NCBI GenBank assembly: GCA_963835065.1
Contig: CAWIEK010000068.1
Span: forward strand, 93,986-157,985
DNA length: 64,000 nucleotides
Source of the DNA: an uncultured Chthonomonadaceae bacterium
GTDB lineage: Bacteria; Armatimonadota; Chthonomonadetes; Chthonomonadales; Chthonomonadaceae
Direction of reading: 5' to 3'
The notes beneath the pieces were generated by a model. It was not told the DNA's origin. It ran no database searches and was given only the letters and a program-made list of their open reading frames with translations. A program made the position numbers and the translations under genes. This document shows positions 61,228-64,000 of this stretch, piece after piece; position 1 is the stretch's first letter; each line of letters begins with the position of its first letter.

Positions 61228-61352
61228 AAGAAGACAGAAGACAGAAGACAGAAGACAGTAGAAATGCCCTGCTGGACGAAAACTTGCGCTCTCGCCTAAT
61301 CTTTATTCAGAGGAAAACTACTGTCTTCTGTCTTCTGTCTTCTGTCTTCTTC
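61228..61352. repeat. Inverted pair of heptamer arrays (AGAAGAC)n / (CTGTCTT)n
   Basis: Occupies the atpD-atpC intergenic region. Confidence 0.8.
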
Positions 61353-62894
<1,542 letters not shown>

Positions 62895-62992
62895 TCACTC
62901 CTATTTTAGCAGGTTTGGCCGCCAATATGCAAGGGCAAAATCAGCCCGCCACCAGATGGTCAGACGTTTGCCAGCCTTACGAGGCATTGCGC

Positions 62993-63553
62993 TTACGACT
63001 TGCCTTTGCTTTTGCCGGTGGCTTTCGACTTGGGCTTCGTGGTTTTCGTGGCGGCGGGATGCTTGTCCAGCTCCTTGATAACTTCTTCGGCTTTGGCGGC
63101 TCCCCACTTTTCGCCCGCCGCGCTACTTTCCTGTTCAATCGCCGGCAGGGCGGCCAGCGTTTTTTGTCCTAACGGCGTTTGATAAAAGGCGAGCAGGCCG
63201 TCAATATCTTCCTTGCTGAAGTGTTTGTCGTAAATGGGAACGATCAGATCAACCAGTTCTTCAGGCTTGATCTTCTTGCTGAAAGCCGTCCAGAACTCGG
63301 CGGGAATGGTGGTCTCCGTCTTCCGCATCGAGGCCATCGTCTCCTGCATCGCCTGCATAGCGAGTTTGGCCGCGCCCATTACATCGAGCAGGTGGCGAAT
63401 CGCTTTGTCCTTGTCGGGATCAATGGCCGGGCGCGTGGCGTCTGCGGCGGTAGGCTTGGTTTTGTCGTCCTGAAGCGGTGTCGCTCCCACGCGCAGCGAA
63501 CCCCCACACGCGCAGACAAGCGCCGCGCCCATCAGAATGTGCTTGAATTTCAT
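62993..63553 (-). CDS. DUF2059 domain secreted protein
   Basis: Signal peptide; IYDKHFSKEDIDGLLAFYQTPLGQK. Confidence 0.88.
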   Translation of the reverse strand: MKFKHILMGAALVCACGGSLRVGATPLQDDKTKPTAADATRPAIDPDKDKAIRHLLDVMGAAKLAMQAMQETMASMRKTETTIPAEFWTAFSKKIKPEELVDLIVPIYDKHFSKEDIDGLLAFYQTPLGQKTLAALPAIEQESSAAGEKWGAAKAEEVIKELDKHPAATKTTKPKSKATGKSKGKS

Positions 63554-63758
63554 TCTCGTTCCTTTCGATAAGACGGTTTCAAAAGATGGTGTAAAAAGAA
63601 GTTTCAAAGAACAGTTTGTATTTTCGCCCTGCTGCTTTGCTCTCGCGCAATCAACATTAGTACCGCTTCAGGGCTTCCCGCGTTACCAAAATCGGATGCT
63701 CGTTCCCTCCATTTTATTGAAAGGACAGCCGCATGTCACCGAAAGCGCACATTCCGTC

Positions 63759-63788
63759 TTGACAGAACGGCGCGGCAAAGGGTATACT
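63759..63788 (+). promoter_or_regulatory. Sigma70 promoter for tRNA-Phe
   Basis: TTGACA-18-TATACT. Confidence 0.7.
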
Positions 63789-63831
63789 ATCCAAGTTTCC
63801 ACAAACGTTTGAAACAGCGTTTTCATACCGC

Positions 63832-63904
63832 GCCGCCTTAGCTCAGTTGGTAGAGCAATTGACTGAAAATTGATGTGTCAGAAGTTCAAGTCTTCTAGGC
63901 GGCA
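63832..63904 (+). tRNA. tRNA-Phe(GAA)
   Basis: Acceptor GCCGCCT/AGGCGGC-A, D arm GCTC..GAGC, loop CTGAAAA, T arm AGAAG-TTCAAGT-CTTCT; CCA not encoded. Confidence 0.9.
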
Positions 63905-63921
63905 TATTTTGTCAGTTTAAT

Positions 63922-63960
63922 CAGGCTGTAGGGTTTAACAAACCTTACAGCCTGTTTTCT
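63922..63960 (+). terminator. Intrinsic terminator after tRNA
   Basis: CAGGCTGTAGGGTTT..AAACCTTACAGCCTG-TTTTCT. Confidence 0.7.
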
Positions 63961-64000
63961 ATTTAGCCTTCCGTTTGTACCAGCAAGCAAACGTTTTGTG

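Noticed and set aside
63832..64000. Prophage or island integrated at tRNA-Phe
   Set aside because: A terminator follows directly; I found no integrase or duplicated tRNA 3' end within the window.

Overview
A 64 kb chromosomal window from a moderately GC-rich diderm bacterium, probably Armatimonadota. That is inferred from two DUF1559-type prepilin genes with 'FPVFAxAREKAR', a short ThrS and an atpDC pair detached from the rest of the atp operon. Housekeeping genes (glxK, dus, wrbA with an MhqR-like regulator, ECF sigma/anti-sigma/RseB, an RND efflux trio, modAB, sucAB, dnaN, thrS, atpDC, tRNA-Phe) are interleaved with small accessory patches. There is no CRISPR array, rRNA, integrase or intact transposase. 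Many conserved genes carry single-base frameshifts, most likely long-read errors. Main findings: (1) a 12.4-16.7 kb cluster of two paralogue families with near-identical ends and hypervariable middles, containing a candidate structured RNA; (2) a DUF3800 gene convergent with a separately promoted ~67-nt structured small RNA, next to a WGR-DNA ligase; (3) dispersed heptamer tandem repeats, often as inverted pairs and sometimes inside genes; (4) a REP/REPIN-like family, one half-unit of which sits in a TAA-flanked MITE; (5) several toxin-antitoxin-type modules and chimeric remnants. All product calls come from reading motifs by eye; no database search was run.
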